64,000 nucleotides of DNA from Candidatus Methanomethylicaceae archaeon (GTDB taxonomy: Archaea; Thermoproteota; Methanomethylicia; Methanomethylicales; Methanomethylicaceae): positions 46,917 to 110,916 of the forward strand of contig JANXER010000001.1 in assembly GCA_025057955.1 (NCBI GenBank), read 5' to 3'. Shown here piece after piece: positions 18,475 to 28,308 of the stretch. A program made the translations under genes and the position numbers. Within the stretch, counting starts at the first letter, position 1. Each line of letters begins with the position of its first letter. Under the pieces are notes generated by a model, which searched no databases, had not been told where the DNA came from, and saw only the letters and a list, made by a program, of their open reading frames with translations.

Positions 18475-19794
18475 ATGGTTCTTGAGAATTTAGCATCATC
18501 ATTAAACAATGCCATAAAAAAAGTTTTGAGAGCTCCAATAGTAGATGAAAAAATTGTAAAGGAATTGATAAGAGATATACAAAGAGCGCTTATTCAAGCT
18601 GATGTCAATATTAAGCTTGTTCTAGAATTATCAAAAAATGTAGAGAAAAAAATTCTTGAGGCTGAGCTTCCTCCTGGAATAACTAGAAGAGAGCTTGCAA
18701 TTAAAGTAGTTTATGATGAGTTGGTATCACTTTTAGGAGGAGAGAAAGCAGAAGCTCCAAAATATGAGCGAGGCAAGTTAACAATTATACTCCTTATAGG
18801 AGTACAAGGCTCTGGTAAAACCACAAGTGCTTCTAAACTTGCATGGTACTTCAAAAATCAAGGCTATTCAGTAGGCCTTGTTTGTGCAGATAACTTTAGA
18901 GCTGGTGCATATGATCAATTGAAGCAACTTGCTGAAAAAATTGGCGTTCCCTTTTATGGTGAGAGGGATGAAAAAGATGCTGTGAAAATCTCAATCAATG
19001 GTGTTAATAAATTCAAAGAGAATAAAATTGAAATAATAATAGTGGATACAGCAGGAAGACACAAGAGAGAACAAGAATTGCTTGAGGAAATGAAGAAAAT
19101 AGCAGATGCTATAAAGCCAACTGAAATAATGCTAGTTTTAGATGCAACAATGGGACAACAATCAGCTCAACAAGCTGAGGCCTTTAATAAAGTCACAAAC
19201 ATAGGGACAATATTCCTTACTAAGTTGGATGGAACAGCAAAAGGAGGAGGAGCAATATCAGCTGTAGCTTCCACAGGAGCAAGAATAAGATTTGTAGGAG
19301 TTGGAGAGGAACCAGATGAAATAGAATTGTTTAATCCAAGGAGGTTCGTAGGTAGACTCTTAGGAATGGGGGATATTGAAAGTTTAATTGAAAAATTCAA
19401 ATCAATAGAGAAAGCTGAAAAGGAGGCTATGAGTACAATAGCTTCTGGAAAATTTACACTTAAGGATCTTTATGTCCAACTACAAACTATAAAGAAAATG
19501 GGACCTATTGGTAAATTGCTTCAATCAATTCCAGGAATGAGTATAAGTAATGAAATGATGAATATCACTGAGGAAAAAATGAAGAAATGGATGGTAATAA
19601 TGCAATCCATGACCGAGGAGGAGCTTCTAAACCCAGATATAATAGATGGATCTAGAATGAAAAGAATTGCAAGAGGATCTGGTACTACAATTAAGGACGT
19701 AAGAGAATTATTGGATAATTATAGAATGAGTAAAAAGTACATAAAACAATTAATTAAAAAGCAGAAAGGTTTATATAAACTATTTAAAAAATGA
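18475..19794 (+). CDS. srp54: Signal recognition particle protein SRP54
   Basis: GVQGSGKTT, DTAGRH, TKLDGTAKGGG, M domain GSRMKRIARGSG. Confidence 0.96.
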   Translation: MVLENLASSLNNAIKKVLRAPIVDEKIVKELIRDIQRALIQADVNIKLVLELSKNVEKKILEAELPPGITRRELAIKVVYDELVSLLGGEKAEAPKYERGKLTIILLIGVQGSGKTTSASKLAWYFKNQGYSVGLVCADNFRAGAYDQLKQLAEKIGVPFYGERDEKDAVKISINGVNKFKENKIEIIIVDTAGRHKREQELLEEMKKIADAIKPTEIMLVLDATMGQQSAQQAEAFNKVTNIGTIFLTKLDGTAKGGGAISAVASTGARIRFVGVGEEPDEIELFNPRRFVGRLLGMGDIESLIEKFKSIEKAEKEAMSTIASGKFTLKDLYVQLQTIKKMGPIGKLLQSIPGMSISNEMMNITEEKMKKWMVIMQSMTEEELLNPDIIDGSRMKRIARGSGTTIKDVRELLDNYRMSKKYIKQLIKKQKGLYKLFKK

Positions 19795-20306
19795 GAGAGT
19801 ATTCTCTTTTTGTTCCTTCAAATATTATTAATTCTAATGAAATTGGAATAGTAACAAGATTTGTGGTTGGAGCAATGATGCTCTCCCATGAAATTAGAAG
19901 GGATGTAAGAGTTAATATAGTCTTTAATGCTAGATTTTGTATAACCTTCAATGGTAAAAGCATGAGAAATGTTAGACCAGATGAAAGCTCCCTCTCTGGA
20001 ATATTAAGGGCAGGACTTAGTAGGAGAGGAAGAGTATTACCAGGAGTAGTTATAAGAGAAGTGAATATTGAAAAATTCTTAAGTGAAGCTAAGGGGGCTA
20101 AATTGTTCTATTCAGAGCGTATTGGAAGAATACAAGAAGTTCCAGAAGATTTTTTTATAATTTTTCAATATCCTAAGCTGGAAATTGAAGAAATTTTATT
20201 AAAAATGAATTTCTCACCAATAAAGCTTGGTAAGAGGAATTATTTTCCAGATCAAGCAGCAGTCATATTAAATAATAGGCTTGATCGAAAATTGTTCGGA
20301 ATTTAG
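19791..20306 (+). CDS. trmY: TrmY-like SPOUT protein (tRNA m1-pseudouridine-54 methyltransferase homolog), degenerate
   Basis: LSHEIRRDV and RPDESS motifs; position between srp54 and pus10; lacks the GR.D and GDH.G motifs. Confidence 0.65.
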   Translation: MREYSLFVPSNIINSNEIGIVTRFVVGAMMLSHEIRRDVRVNIVFNARFCITFNGKSMRNVRPDESSLSGILRAGLSRRGRVLPGVVIREVNIEKFLSEAKGAKLFYSERIGRIQEVPEDFFIIFQYPKLEIEEILLKMNFSPIKLGKRNYFPDQAAVILNNRLDRKLFGI

Positions 20307-20308
20307 AG

Positions 20309-21625
20309 GTGATGAAAATGATTATGGACTTAGTGAAGAATATGTTAATTAAATATCCATTATGTGATAGTTGCTTAGGAAGGCAATTTGGAGGACTTCT
20401 CAGAGGAATTACAAATAAAGAGAGAGGAAGAGCTTTGAAGCTTGCTCTAGCTTTAGAGGGGCATTTAAAGTTTTTAAAAGAGGGAAATGATGAACTTCTT
20501 AGAGCATTAGCAAAGAATGGAAATCTTCAATTTGCTATAAAATTATTAGATCTTACAAATGAAGATTTTAAATGTTACATATGTGAAGGTATTATGGAAA
20601 ATATAGAAAATATTGCAAAGGAAGTTATTAAAGCATTAAATAATTATGAGTTTACCAATTTCTTGATTGGAATTAGAGTTTCAGGCGATATAGCTGAAAG
20701 AGAGGATAAACTTCGCTCAGAATTTGGAATAGAGTATGGAGAGTCCATAAGAATGGAATGTAGTAGAGAGATTGGAAAGGAGGTCTCTAAATTCACTGGA
20801 AAAAATGTAGAATTTAAGAATCCTGATATAGTAGTAATAGTGAGTATACCAAGCCTTAATATTAATGTTAACCCCATGCCAATCTACATCTTTGGAAGAT
20901 ATAGAAAGCTCATAAGAGGTATTCCTCAATCGAAATGGTATTGTTCTCGCTGTTGGGGAAAGGGATGCGAAAAATGTAATTGGACTGGGAAGAAATATCC
21001 AACATCAATTGAAGAGCTTATAATTGAGCCAATCTTAATGGCCACAGGTGGTAAAAGGGCAAAATTCCATGGAGCTGGTAGAGAGGATGTAGATGCCATA
21101 GTCTTAGGGAATGGAAGGCCCTTTATTGTTGAAATAAAGGAGCCAAAGAAAAGAGCTATTGATTTGAAGTATTTAGAAGAAACAATAAATAGGAATGCTG
21201 AAGGAAAAGTGGAGGTCCTTGAACTTAAATATTCCAATAGAAAAACCGTAAAGAGAATAAAGGAAAGATCAAGAATAGTAGAAAAAACTTATAGAGCATT
21301 AGTAGAAATAGGAAGAGAGATTTCCAGTGAAGATATTGAGAAACTAGAGAAAAGTTTTAATTCATGCAATATTTATCAATACACTCCAACTAGAGTATTG
21401 CATAGAAGAGCAGATAAGTTGAGGATAAAGAAGGTATATGAAATGAAGGTAAGGAAGATTAGCGATAGAACAATGGAATTAATAGTTAAATGTCAAGGAG
21501 GGCTATATGTAAAGGAGCTTATATCTGGAGATGGTGGAAGGACTAGACCAAGTATAGCAGAAGTATTAGGCACTGAAGCAAAATGTATAGAATTAGATGT
21601 AATATCAATAAATGAGGAGGATTAG
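20309..21625 (+). CDS. pus10: tRNA pseudouridine(54/55) synthase Pus10
   Basis: LCDSCLGRQF, GRYRKLIRGIPQ, FHGAGREDVD, GGLYVKELISGD.GRT.PS. Confidence 0.95.
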   Translation: MMKMIMDLVKNMLIKYPLCDSCLGRQFGGLLRGITNKERGRALKLALALEGHLKFLKEGNDELLRALAKNGNLQFAIKLLDLTNEDFKCYICEGIMENIENIAKEVIKALNNYEFTNFLIGIRVSGDIAEREDKLRSEFGIEYGESIRMECSREIGKEVSKFTGKNVEFKNPDIVVIVSIPSLNINVNPMPIYIFGRYRKLIRGIPQSKWYCSRCWGKGCEKCNWTGKKYPTSIEELIIEPILMATGGKRAKFHGAGREDVDAIVLGNGRPFIVEIKEPKKRAIDLKYLEETINRNAEGKVEVLELKYSNRKTVKRIKERSRIVEKTYRALVEIGREISSEDIEKLEKSFNSCNIYQYTPTRVLHRRADKLRIKKVYEMKVRKISDRTMELIVKCQGGLYVKELISGDGGRTRPSIAEVLGTEAKCIELDVISINEED

Positions 21626-21628
21626 CAT

Positions 21629-21922
21629 ATGAGGCATTCATCAGGATATAGAAGTAGAACGAGAAAATTATTAAGAAGAAGTATAAGAGAGAAGAGCAAT
21701 CCAATAACAAGGATTCTAATGGATTATAATGAAGGAGATAGAGTTGTAATTAAAATAAATCCTAGCTTTGTAAAAGGAATGCCACATAGAAGATTCCATG
21801 GAAAAACTGGAATTATAATGGGAAAAAGAGGAAGAGCATATGTTGTAAAAGTCCTCATGGGAGATTTTGAAAAGACTATAATAACAAGACCAGAACATAT
21901 TGTTCCATTAGAGGGAAGATAA
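21629..21922 (+). CDS. rpl21e: 50S ribosomal protein L21e
   Basis: GYRSRTR, KGMPHRRFHGKTG, RPEHI. Confidence 0.95.
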   Translation: MRHSSGYRSRTRKLLRRSIREKSNPITRILMDYNEGDRVVIKINPSFVKGMPHRRFHGKTGIIMGKRGRAYVVKVLMGDFEKTIITRPEHIVPLEGR

Positions 21923-22255
21923 ATGCCAAAGGAAATTGTAAGAGAAGAAGTTCTCAGTCTACCTCAGGTAAAGAAGCTCTTAGAGAAGAGATTTAGTGAA
22001 GGAGAACCAAATTATTTACAGAAAATCACCTACGATTATGTTACAAAATTTTCAAAACTTCCTTCAGAAAAAGCTGAAGAGCTTTTGAATAAGCTTAAAG
22101 CTGAAGGAATTTCTCCAGAATCCGCTGCTCAAATAGTGAATATAATGCCTAGTGTAATTGATGAATTGAGAGTTTTAGTATCCACTGAGAAGAAACTTTT
22201 TCTTCCCTCAGAGTTGGAGAAAATTTTGAGTATAATTAATTCTTTTAGGGAGTAA
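21923..22255 (+). CDS. rpo4: RNA polymerase subunit Rpo4 (RpoF)
   Basis: YVTKFSKL, IVNIMP...ELR HRDC-like motif; conserved position after rpl21e. Confidence 0.88.
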   Translation: MPKEIVREEVLSLPQVKKLLEKRFSEGEPNYLQKITYDYVTKFSKLPSEKAEELLNKLKAEGISPESAAQIVNIMPSVIDELRVLVSTEKKLFLPSELEKILSIINSFRE

Positions 22256-22278
22256 TTTTTATATTGAGGGATTAAGAA

Positions 22279-22863
22279 TTGCCTGAGGATCAAACTAAAA
22301 GATATTATGAAGACTATGCTTATGTTTTGGATTATCTTCAATTTGGTCACCCCAAGGATATAAGACCCTTCTATAAAAGAGAGCCATTGGTTCAAGCAAT
22401 TGGTGAGAATTTTTTCACTCTTCTCGAACTTGTACCTATACCTGGTGTAACTTTTTCACCAAAGGAAAGAATAGCAATTGGAAAATTCGAAAGAACTAAA
22501 ATAAGTCATGTAAAGAGAAGAATAGAATATGAAGATTTAACACAAACTGCAAAGGAAGAGCTAGAGTCGATAATAGAAGAAATAGTTTCAAAGAATGAGG
22601 CTAGATTCATAAATTTTTTCAATAATGCAGGACCAATTACTACAAGAATGCACTCCTTAGAATTACTTCCTGGTGTGGGGAAAAAATTAATGTGGCAAAT
22701 AATAGAGGAAAGGAAGAAAAGTCCATTTCAAAATTTTGAGGATTTTCAGAAGAGATTGCATATACTTGATCCTAAGAAAATGATTGTAAAAAGAATATTA
22801 ATGGAGATTAAAAACGAAGATAAATACTATATATTTTGTAAACCTCCTTCAAAAAAGGAGTAG
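22279..22863 (+). CDS. DUF655 family RNA-binding protein
   Basis: EDYAYVLDYL, QAIGE..FTLLE, RMHSLELLPGVGKK. Confidence 0.9.
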   Translation: MPEDQTKRYYEDYAYVLDYLQFGHPKDIRPFYKREPLVQAIGENFFTLLELVPIPGVTFSPKERIAIGKFERTKISHVKRRIEYEDLTQTAKEELESIIEEIVSKNEARFINFFNNAGPITTRMHSLELLPGVGKKLMWQIIEERKKSPFQNFEDFQKRLHILDPKKMIVKRILMEIKNEDKYYIFCKPPSKKE

Positions 22864-22868
22864 AAAAA

Positions 22869-23675
22869 TTGGAATTGCTCAAATGGACATTAAATATAAT
22901 CGAGAAATATGGCATAAAGCCTAGACAGAAATATGGACAGAATTATGTCATAGATGAAAAAATGATAGATTGTATTTTAAATGCCGCCGATCTTAGCCAT
23001 AATGATATTGTTCTAGAGATAGGAGCAGGAATTGGAACTCTTACCATTAGGCTTTCAGAAAGAGTAAGAAAAGTCATAGCTGTTGAATCAGATAAAAAAT
23101 CAATAAAATCGCTTTCAGAAGTCTTAGCTGAAAGGAATAATATCGAAATTATTGAAGGAGATATTATGAAGATGCCACTGCCTAAAGTGGATAAAATAGT
23201 CTCTAATTTACCATTTTCAATTTCAACACCAATTACATTTAAATTGCTCTCAGAAGGGATTTTCAAATTAGCTGTTTTAACTTATCAAAAAGAAGTTGCA
23301 GATCGACTAATAGCGAAGCCAGGTAGTAGTGAATACTCTAGGCTTAGTGTTGCCATTAGCCTATTAGCAGAGGTTGAAAAAGTGAGGGATTTTCCACCAG
23401 AGTCATTCTATCCAAAACCAAAGGTCTTCAGCACCATAGTTAGAATAAGGAAGAAAGAAATCGATATAGATTGGAAGACTTTAGACTTTCTATTGAAGGT
23501 TTTATTCTCTCAAAGAAGAAAAAAGCTTGGAAATGCATTAAAAGTACTTCAAAAGCTTTCTGATTTTGAAATTGATATAGATAGAATTAATTTTAAGCTA
23601 TTAGAACGAAGGGTTTTTGAACTTGAACCAAGGGAATTTTTATACTTGAGTACATTATTGACTAGAAGATTATGA
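22869..23675 (+). CDS. rsmA: 16S rRNA dimethyladenosine transferase KsgA/Dim1
   Basis: GQNY, LEIGAGIG, VSNLPFSISTP, QKEVADR, FYPKPKV.S. Confidence 0.93.
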   Translation: MELLKWTLNIIEKYGIKPRQKYGQNYVIDEKMIDCILNAADLSHNDIVLEIGAGIGTLTIRLSERVRKVIAVESDKKSIKSLSEVLAERNNIEIIEGDIMKMPLPKVDKIVSNLPFSISTPITFKLLSEGIFKLAVLTYQKEVADRLIAKPGSSEYSRLSVAISLLAEVEKVRDFPPESFYPKPKVFSTIVRIRKKEIDIDWKTLDFLLKVLFSQRRKKLGNALKVLQKLSDFEIDIDRINFKLLERRVFELEPREFLYLSTLLTRRL

Positions 23676-24253
23676 AGAGAGTAAAAATAAGGGATAGGAC
23701 AATATTAATCTATCCTGAAGTTTATGAGCCAGCTGAAGATTCTTTAATGTTAGTGGATGCTGCTTCATCTATTGCCTTTGGAGATCATTTAGATTTATGC
23801 TGTGGTACGGGAATTGTTGGATTATTTACAGCTGATAAAGTAAATTCAGTAACTGCCATAGATATAAATCCAAATGCCATTAAAAATACAAAAGAGAACT
23901 TCAAAATAAATGGCTTTTATGAAAAGTTGAATGTTATTATTGGAGATTTATTCACACCATTAAAAAATGTGAAGTTTGATATTATTACTATAAATCCTCC
24001 ATACTTATGGGATGAAGAACCAAAGGACGTATCATGGAATGGAGGAGTTGAAGGAAGGAAGATAATTGATAGGTTTATAAAAGAAGTGGGAAATTTTTTA
24101 AATGATGATGGAAAAGCCCTATTGGTGCAATCCACACTAAATGATGTAAATAAAACATTGAGTTTAATTAATAGAATGGGGTTGTATGGAAGAGTATTAA
24201 TGGAGCAAAGATTTATGTTTGAAGGAATAGTTGTAATAGAAGTTACAAAATAG
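23672..24253 (+). CDS. HemK2/Mtq2-like release factor glutamine methyltransferase
   Basis: VYEPAEDS, DLCCGTG, INPPYL, WNGGVEGR. Confidence 0.88.
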   Translation: MKRVKIRDRTILIYPEVYEPAEDSLMLVDAASSIAFGDHLDLCCGTGIVGLFTADKVNSVTAIDINPNAIKNTKENFKINGFYEKLNVIIGDLFTPLKNVKFDIITINPPYLWDEEPKDVSWNGGVEGRKIIDRFIKEVGNFLNDDGKALLVQSTLNDVNKTLSLINRMGLYGRVLMEQRFMFEGIVVIEVTK

Positions 24254-24298
24254 AAAAACTAAAATATTATATTTCTAAGTGAAGTTTGGGGATTTAAA

Positions 24299-24802
24299 AT
24301 GCCAGAAAGACCAGCGCATTGCTATAGATATTTCGATACTCCAGCTTATACTAGGATAGAGTATATTAAGTCCATACCTCAATCAAAGATTACAAAATTT
24401 GAATTTGGAAATTCAAAGGGCAATTTTCCTGTGAAGTTAACATTGGTTCCTTTAGAGGCTGGACAAATAAGACATAATGCCCTAGATGCTGCAAGGATTG
24501 TTGCTACCAAATATTTATCCAGCACACTTGGAGAAAATAATTATTATATGAAGATCAGAATATATCCTCATCAAATATTACGTGAGAATAAAATGATGGC
24601 TTTTGCTGGAGCAGATAGGCTTCAAGATGGAATGAGAAAAGCATTTGGAAAACCAGTAAGTAGAGCTGCAAGAGTTAAAGCACTTCAACCAATAATGGAC
24701 GTCTATGTTCCAGAAGGAAAAGAGGAGGTAGCAAAAGAAGCTTTAAGAAGAGCTAGTTCAAAAATTCCCATGCCCTCAAGAATTATTCAAATTTCATTGT
24801 AA
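24299..24802 (+). CDS. rpl10e: 50S ribosomal protein uL16 (L10e)
   Basis: [33 protein letters not shown]. Confidence 0.96.
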   Translation: MPERPAHCYRYFDTPAYTRIEYIKSIPQSKITKFEFGNSKGNFPVKLTLVPLEAGQIRHNALDAARIVATKYLSSTLGENNYYMKIRIYPHQILRENKMMAFAGADRLQDGMRKAFGKPVSRAARVKALQPIMDVYVPEGKEEVAKEALRRASSKIPMPSRIIQISL

Positions 24803-24804
24803 AA

Positions 24805-25752
24805 ATGAACAATATTGTACCATATGATTTTGAGGTTGAAAGGCTTAGAAGGGAATTAAAGGATGCAAAAAATATTTTTATTCAAGCTCCTGATGGTTTA
24901 AAGCCATATTTAATAGAAGTATTGAAGGCTTTATCTTCAAAAAATATCATAATTTCAACAGATCCATGTTATGGAGGTTGTTATATACTAGATGATATAG
25001 CAAAAGAAATTGGAAGCGATGCTATAATTCATTTTGGACATGAAAAATTCATTGAAAAAGAGAAAATCCCTACAATTTACATAAAATGCACTTATATAGG
25101 ATCATTGGAAGATTTAATTAGAAAGACCAAAGAAAGAATTATGAAGAATAATTATAAGAATGTAGCAATTTTTACAAATGCTCAACATATAGATGTATTG
25201 GAAAAATTCATAGATAGCATTAGAACTTCTAACATAAATGTAATTAATGGAGGACTAGTGCTTGGTTGTAGGATGGATAAAGTTAAGGAAGTTTCAAACT
25301 CTATGGATGCAATATTCTATCTAGGGGGAGGGGATTTTCATGCTCTTGGTATATCATTGGAAATAGAAAAGCCAGTCTATGTAATCGATCCCTATAGAAA
25401 TGAAATAAGAGAAATATCAGCAATAAAGAAGAAGGTTATTGCTGAGAAATGGTGGACAATTCATAGAGCAAAGGATGCAAAAATTCTGGGAATTGTCATT
25501 GTCGCTAGGAAGGGACAATTTAATATGGATATTGCTATGAAGTTAAAGACTGAATTTGAGAAAGTTAAACGAAATGTAGTTTTATTAATAGCAGAAGAGG
25601 TAAATTGGGAGAGATTGGCTCCATTTACATTTATAGATGCCTTTATAATAACTGGATGTCCAAGAATTGCGCTAGATAATAGAGAAACATTCTATAAACC
25701 AGTATTGAATATTGAAGAGGCCTTTGAACTTTTGAAAGTGATTAAAAAATGA
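24805..25752 (+). CDS. dph2: Diphthamide biosynthesis protein Dph2
   Basis: QAPDGLK, Fe-S Cys motifs PCYGGC, VLGC, GCPRI; HFGH. Confidence 0.92.
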   Translation: MNNIVPYDFEVERLRRELKDAKNIFIQAPDGLKPYLIEVLKALSSKNIIISTDPCYGGCYILDDIAKEIGSDAIIHFGHEKFIEKEKIPTIYIKCTYIGSLEDLIRKTKERIMKNNYKNVAIFTNAQHIDVLEKFIDSIRTSNINVINGGLVLGCRMDKVKEVSNSMDAIFYLGGGDFHALGISLEIEKPVYVIDPYRNEIREISAIKKKVIAEKWWTIHRAKDAKILGIVIVARKGQFNMDIAMKLKTEFEKVKRNVVLLIAEEVNWERLAPFTFIDAFIITGCPRIALDNRETFYKPVLNIEEAFELLKVIKK

Positions 25753-26375
25753 TATCCTCTAAATCTGAGTTGGAAATTAAATTAGAAAAAATTGAAAAAT
25801 TTGAAAATCCTAAGTTGATTTTAGAACAATATAGACTTCCAGCGCCATTAGCAGCTGAGATCTTGTGGTATATACAGATTAGATTTAGAGATATTGCTGG
25901 AAATATAATAGCAGATTTGGGATGTGGTACTGGAATATTAGGAATAGGATGTGCATTGCTTAATGCAAACTATGTGATTGGAGTTGATATCGATCGCAAT
26001 GCAATAAATAAGGCTCGAAAAGCCTCTATTGAATTTGAAGTTTCAGATAGAATTGACTTCATAATAGGAGATATAAAAAATCTAAATCTTAAGGCAGATG
26101 TCGTAATTCAAAATCCTCCATTTGGGGTAAGAAAAAAAGGAGCAGATAGAAACTTCATTATTGCTGGTCTTAGAATAGCTCCAAAGGTATATTCGATTCA
26201 TAAAGGTGGTGAACAAGTTCGCAGATTCATAATAAAGTTTGTAGAGCAAATAGGGGGGAAAGTGGTGGAAGAGGTTCCGTTAAAGATAAAGCTCCCTCCT
26301 TCTTACCATTTTCATAAGAAAAAGTTTCATGTATTTGAGGCATGTCTTTATAGGATTGTGAGGGAAGGAAAATGA
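25749..26375 (+). CDS. METTL5 family RNA methyltransferase
   Basis: LEQY, DLGCGTG, QNPPFG, YSIHK, YHFHKK. Confidence 0.88.
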   Translation: MISSKSELEIKLEKIEKFENPKLILEQYRLPAPLAAEILWYIQIRFRDIAGNIIADLGCGTGILGIGCALLNANYVIGVDIDRNAINKARKASIEFEVSDRIDFIIGDIKNLNLKADVVIQNPPFGVRKKGADRNFIIAGLRIAPKVYSIHKGGEQVRRFIIKFVEQIGGKVVEEVPLKIKLPPSYHFHKKKFHVFEACLYRIVREGK

Positions 26376-26935
26376 TGAATGGTATTAAAGTAACAATCCC
26401 AGGAGATCAAATTGGTGTGGAAGAGGAATTCATGCCAGGAAGTGGAGTTTATATTGAGAATGGTAAGATATACTCCTCTAAGCTTGGCCTTCTAGTAATA
26501 GATAATAAGAATAAAAAAATAAATGTGGAGGAAAAAACTAGATTAGCAATTCCAGAAGTGGGAGATCTAATTGAAGGAATTGTTATAGGTCCAATGAGGG
26601 AGGATTCAACTGTTGTGGAAATTATTAAAATTTTAAATAAAAAAGATTTAAGAGGAAAATTTACTGGCATACTTCATATATCTCAGATATCAAGAGGAAG
26701 ATTGAGCACAATTTTGAGTGCAGTTAGTCTAGGGGATTGGATATTAGCCAAGGTTATAACTTCATGGCCACCATATCAATTATCCACATTAGAAAATGAT
26801 CTTGGAATTATATATTCAACATGTCCAAAGTGTGGTAAGGAGTTAATTTTGAAAAAAGAAAGACTTTATTGCGATAAGGATAAAATATTCATAAGAAAGA
26901 AAGTATCTTCAAAGTATTTGATAAAGGAGGATTGA
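26372..26935 (+). CDS. csl4: Exosome RNA-binding subunit Csl4
   Basis: PGDQIGVEEEF.PG.G, S1 domain, C-terminal Zn ribbon CPKCG, RKKVS. Confidence 0.9.
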   Translation: MMNGIKVTIPGDQIGVEEEFMPGSGVYIENGKIYSSKLGLLVIDNKNKKINVEEKTRLAIPEVGDLIEGIVIGPMREDSTVVEIIKILNKKDLRGKFTGILHISQISRGRLSTILSAVSLGDWILAKVITSWPPYQLSTLENDLGIIYSTCPKCGKELILKKERLYCDKDKIFIRKKVSSKYLIKED

Positions 26936-27225
26936 GTTTGATAAAAATAATAAAGTATAATGAAAATTGGCTTGAATTGGAGCTCACTGAAGATGATCAC
27001 ACCATAGGTAATTTACTAAGAGGAATATTGATGATGGATGAACATGTAAAACAAGCAGGATATAGAGTAATACATCCAATAACTGGAGGCATAAGGATTG
27101 TAATTCACATGGATGGAAAGGAATCACCAAAAGATGCATTAATAAACGCTTTATTAAAAATTGAGAAGGATGCTCAAGAATTGAGGGAAAAAATTAGCCA
27201 TATTCTAAAGGAGAGAAGGACTTGA
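26932..27225 (+). CDS. rpo11: RNA polymerase subunit Rpo11 (RpoL)
   Basis: DDHTIGNLLR, AGYRVIHP. Confidence 0.9.
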   Translation: MSLIKIIKYNENWLELELTEDDHTIGNLLRGILMMDEHVKQAGYRVIHPITGGIRIVIHMDGKESPKDALINALLKIEKDAQELREKISHILKERRT

Positions 27226-27587
27226 AGCCCATAGATAATATTAAAGAATGGGCAAAATTAGGAGATTCATTTTTGAACTTCGTTTATTCCGTAGCAAAAA
27301 CAAAAGCCATTGGAAGGCCTACTGGAGGGAGGGTTCCAAATAAAGTATTATTAAAGGCCCTGAGAATTTCTGGAATAAATGAAATAAAAGAATTTAAGGA
27401 GGATATAGTAGAGGCATTATTGGGCTATGCATGGTTCTATGGATTTTTATCATTAGAAGAAGCTATTGAAGTTGTTTCTAATAGAATTTCAAATATGAAT
27501 TTTGAGAGTAAATCCTTAGAAATGGAGACCTTAGCTAAAGCACTCTCAGAACTATTGGAAATGGTGAAAGATAGATTTGAAAAATAG
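27222..27587 (+). CDS. Archaeal ribonuclease III-like family protein
   Basis: AKLGDSFLNFVYS.A, G.RVPNKVL..A, DIVEALLGYAW. Confidence 0.75.
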   Translation: MKPIDNIKEWAKLGDSFLNFVYSVAKTKAIGRPTGGRVPNKVLLKALRISGINEIKEFKEDIVEALLGYAWFYGFLSLEEAIEVVSNRISNMNFESKSLEMETLAKALSELLEMVKDRFEK

Positions 27588-27903
27588 AAAGAAAGAGGCA
27601 AGAACTATTGTATTGGATTATTTAAAGGAGGGGGATCTCGTAATTGCAATTATATTTAGAGGATGTTGGATAGATGCAATAACCATGAAAAGAGGCTTAA
27701 GAAGCTTTGAAGAAATCACTTCTTGGTTAAAAGAGGAAGGATATCTATGTGAAATCTCTTATATAAGCAATAGCATAAAGGAACATTTTGGTCCATTGAA
27801 TCTACCTATAACTTATTGTTGTATAAGGAACTTGAATATGGCAAAAATATTAATAGAGGGTGTAAGAGATTGGCTGAATAGTTTTATTAAGGATGTTTTA
27901 TAA
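27577..27903 (+). CDS. Hypothetical protein; probable truncated DUF99-like remnant
   Basis: KKEARTIVLD...AIIFRG.WID resembles the DUF99 N-terminus; sits in the rpoL-TFS interval. Confidence 0.45.
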   Translation: MKNRKKEARTIVLDYLKEGDLVIAIIFRGCWIDAITMKRGLRSFEEITSWLKEEGYLCEISYISNSIKEHFGPLNLPITYCCIRNLNMAKILIEGVRDWLNSFIKDVL

Positions 27904-27937
27904 GCTAAAATTATTAAAACTTTGAAGGGGATCTAAT

Positions 27938-28264
27938 TTGGAGTTCTGTCCAAATTGCAAAAATTTACTTCTCATGGATAGGAAGAGGAACGTAATGAAA
28001 TGTAAAAAATGCGGTTATGAAAAAGAAGCTAAAAATACAAGCTATAGGGTTGTTGAAACCTTGAATATCTCAAAGGAGACTTTAATTATAAAGGAGATAA
28101 AGGAAAAAGTTGATGCTACACTTCCAAAAACCAAAGCAGAATGCTTAAAATGTGGAAATAGAGAGGCGTATTATTGGATGATGCAAACAAGAAGAGCAGA
28201 TGAAGCACCTACTAGATTTTATAGATGTACTAAATGCGGACATACTTGGAGAGAATACGAATAG
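27938..28264 (+). CDS. tfs: Transcription factor S
   Basis: MEFCPNC; C-terminal ribbon with QTRRADE..TRFYRCTKCGHTWREY. Confidence 0.94.
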   Translation: MEFCPNCKNLLLMDRKRNVMKCKKCGYEKEAKNTSYRVVETLNISKETLIIKEIKEKVDATLPKTKAECLKCGNREAYYWMMQTRRADEAPTRFYRCTKCGHTWREYE

Positions 28265-28308
28265 ATAAATATATCCATAGTTTAATAAAAAAAGAATTGG
28301 TGAGTTTT

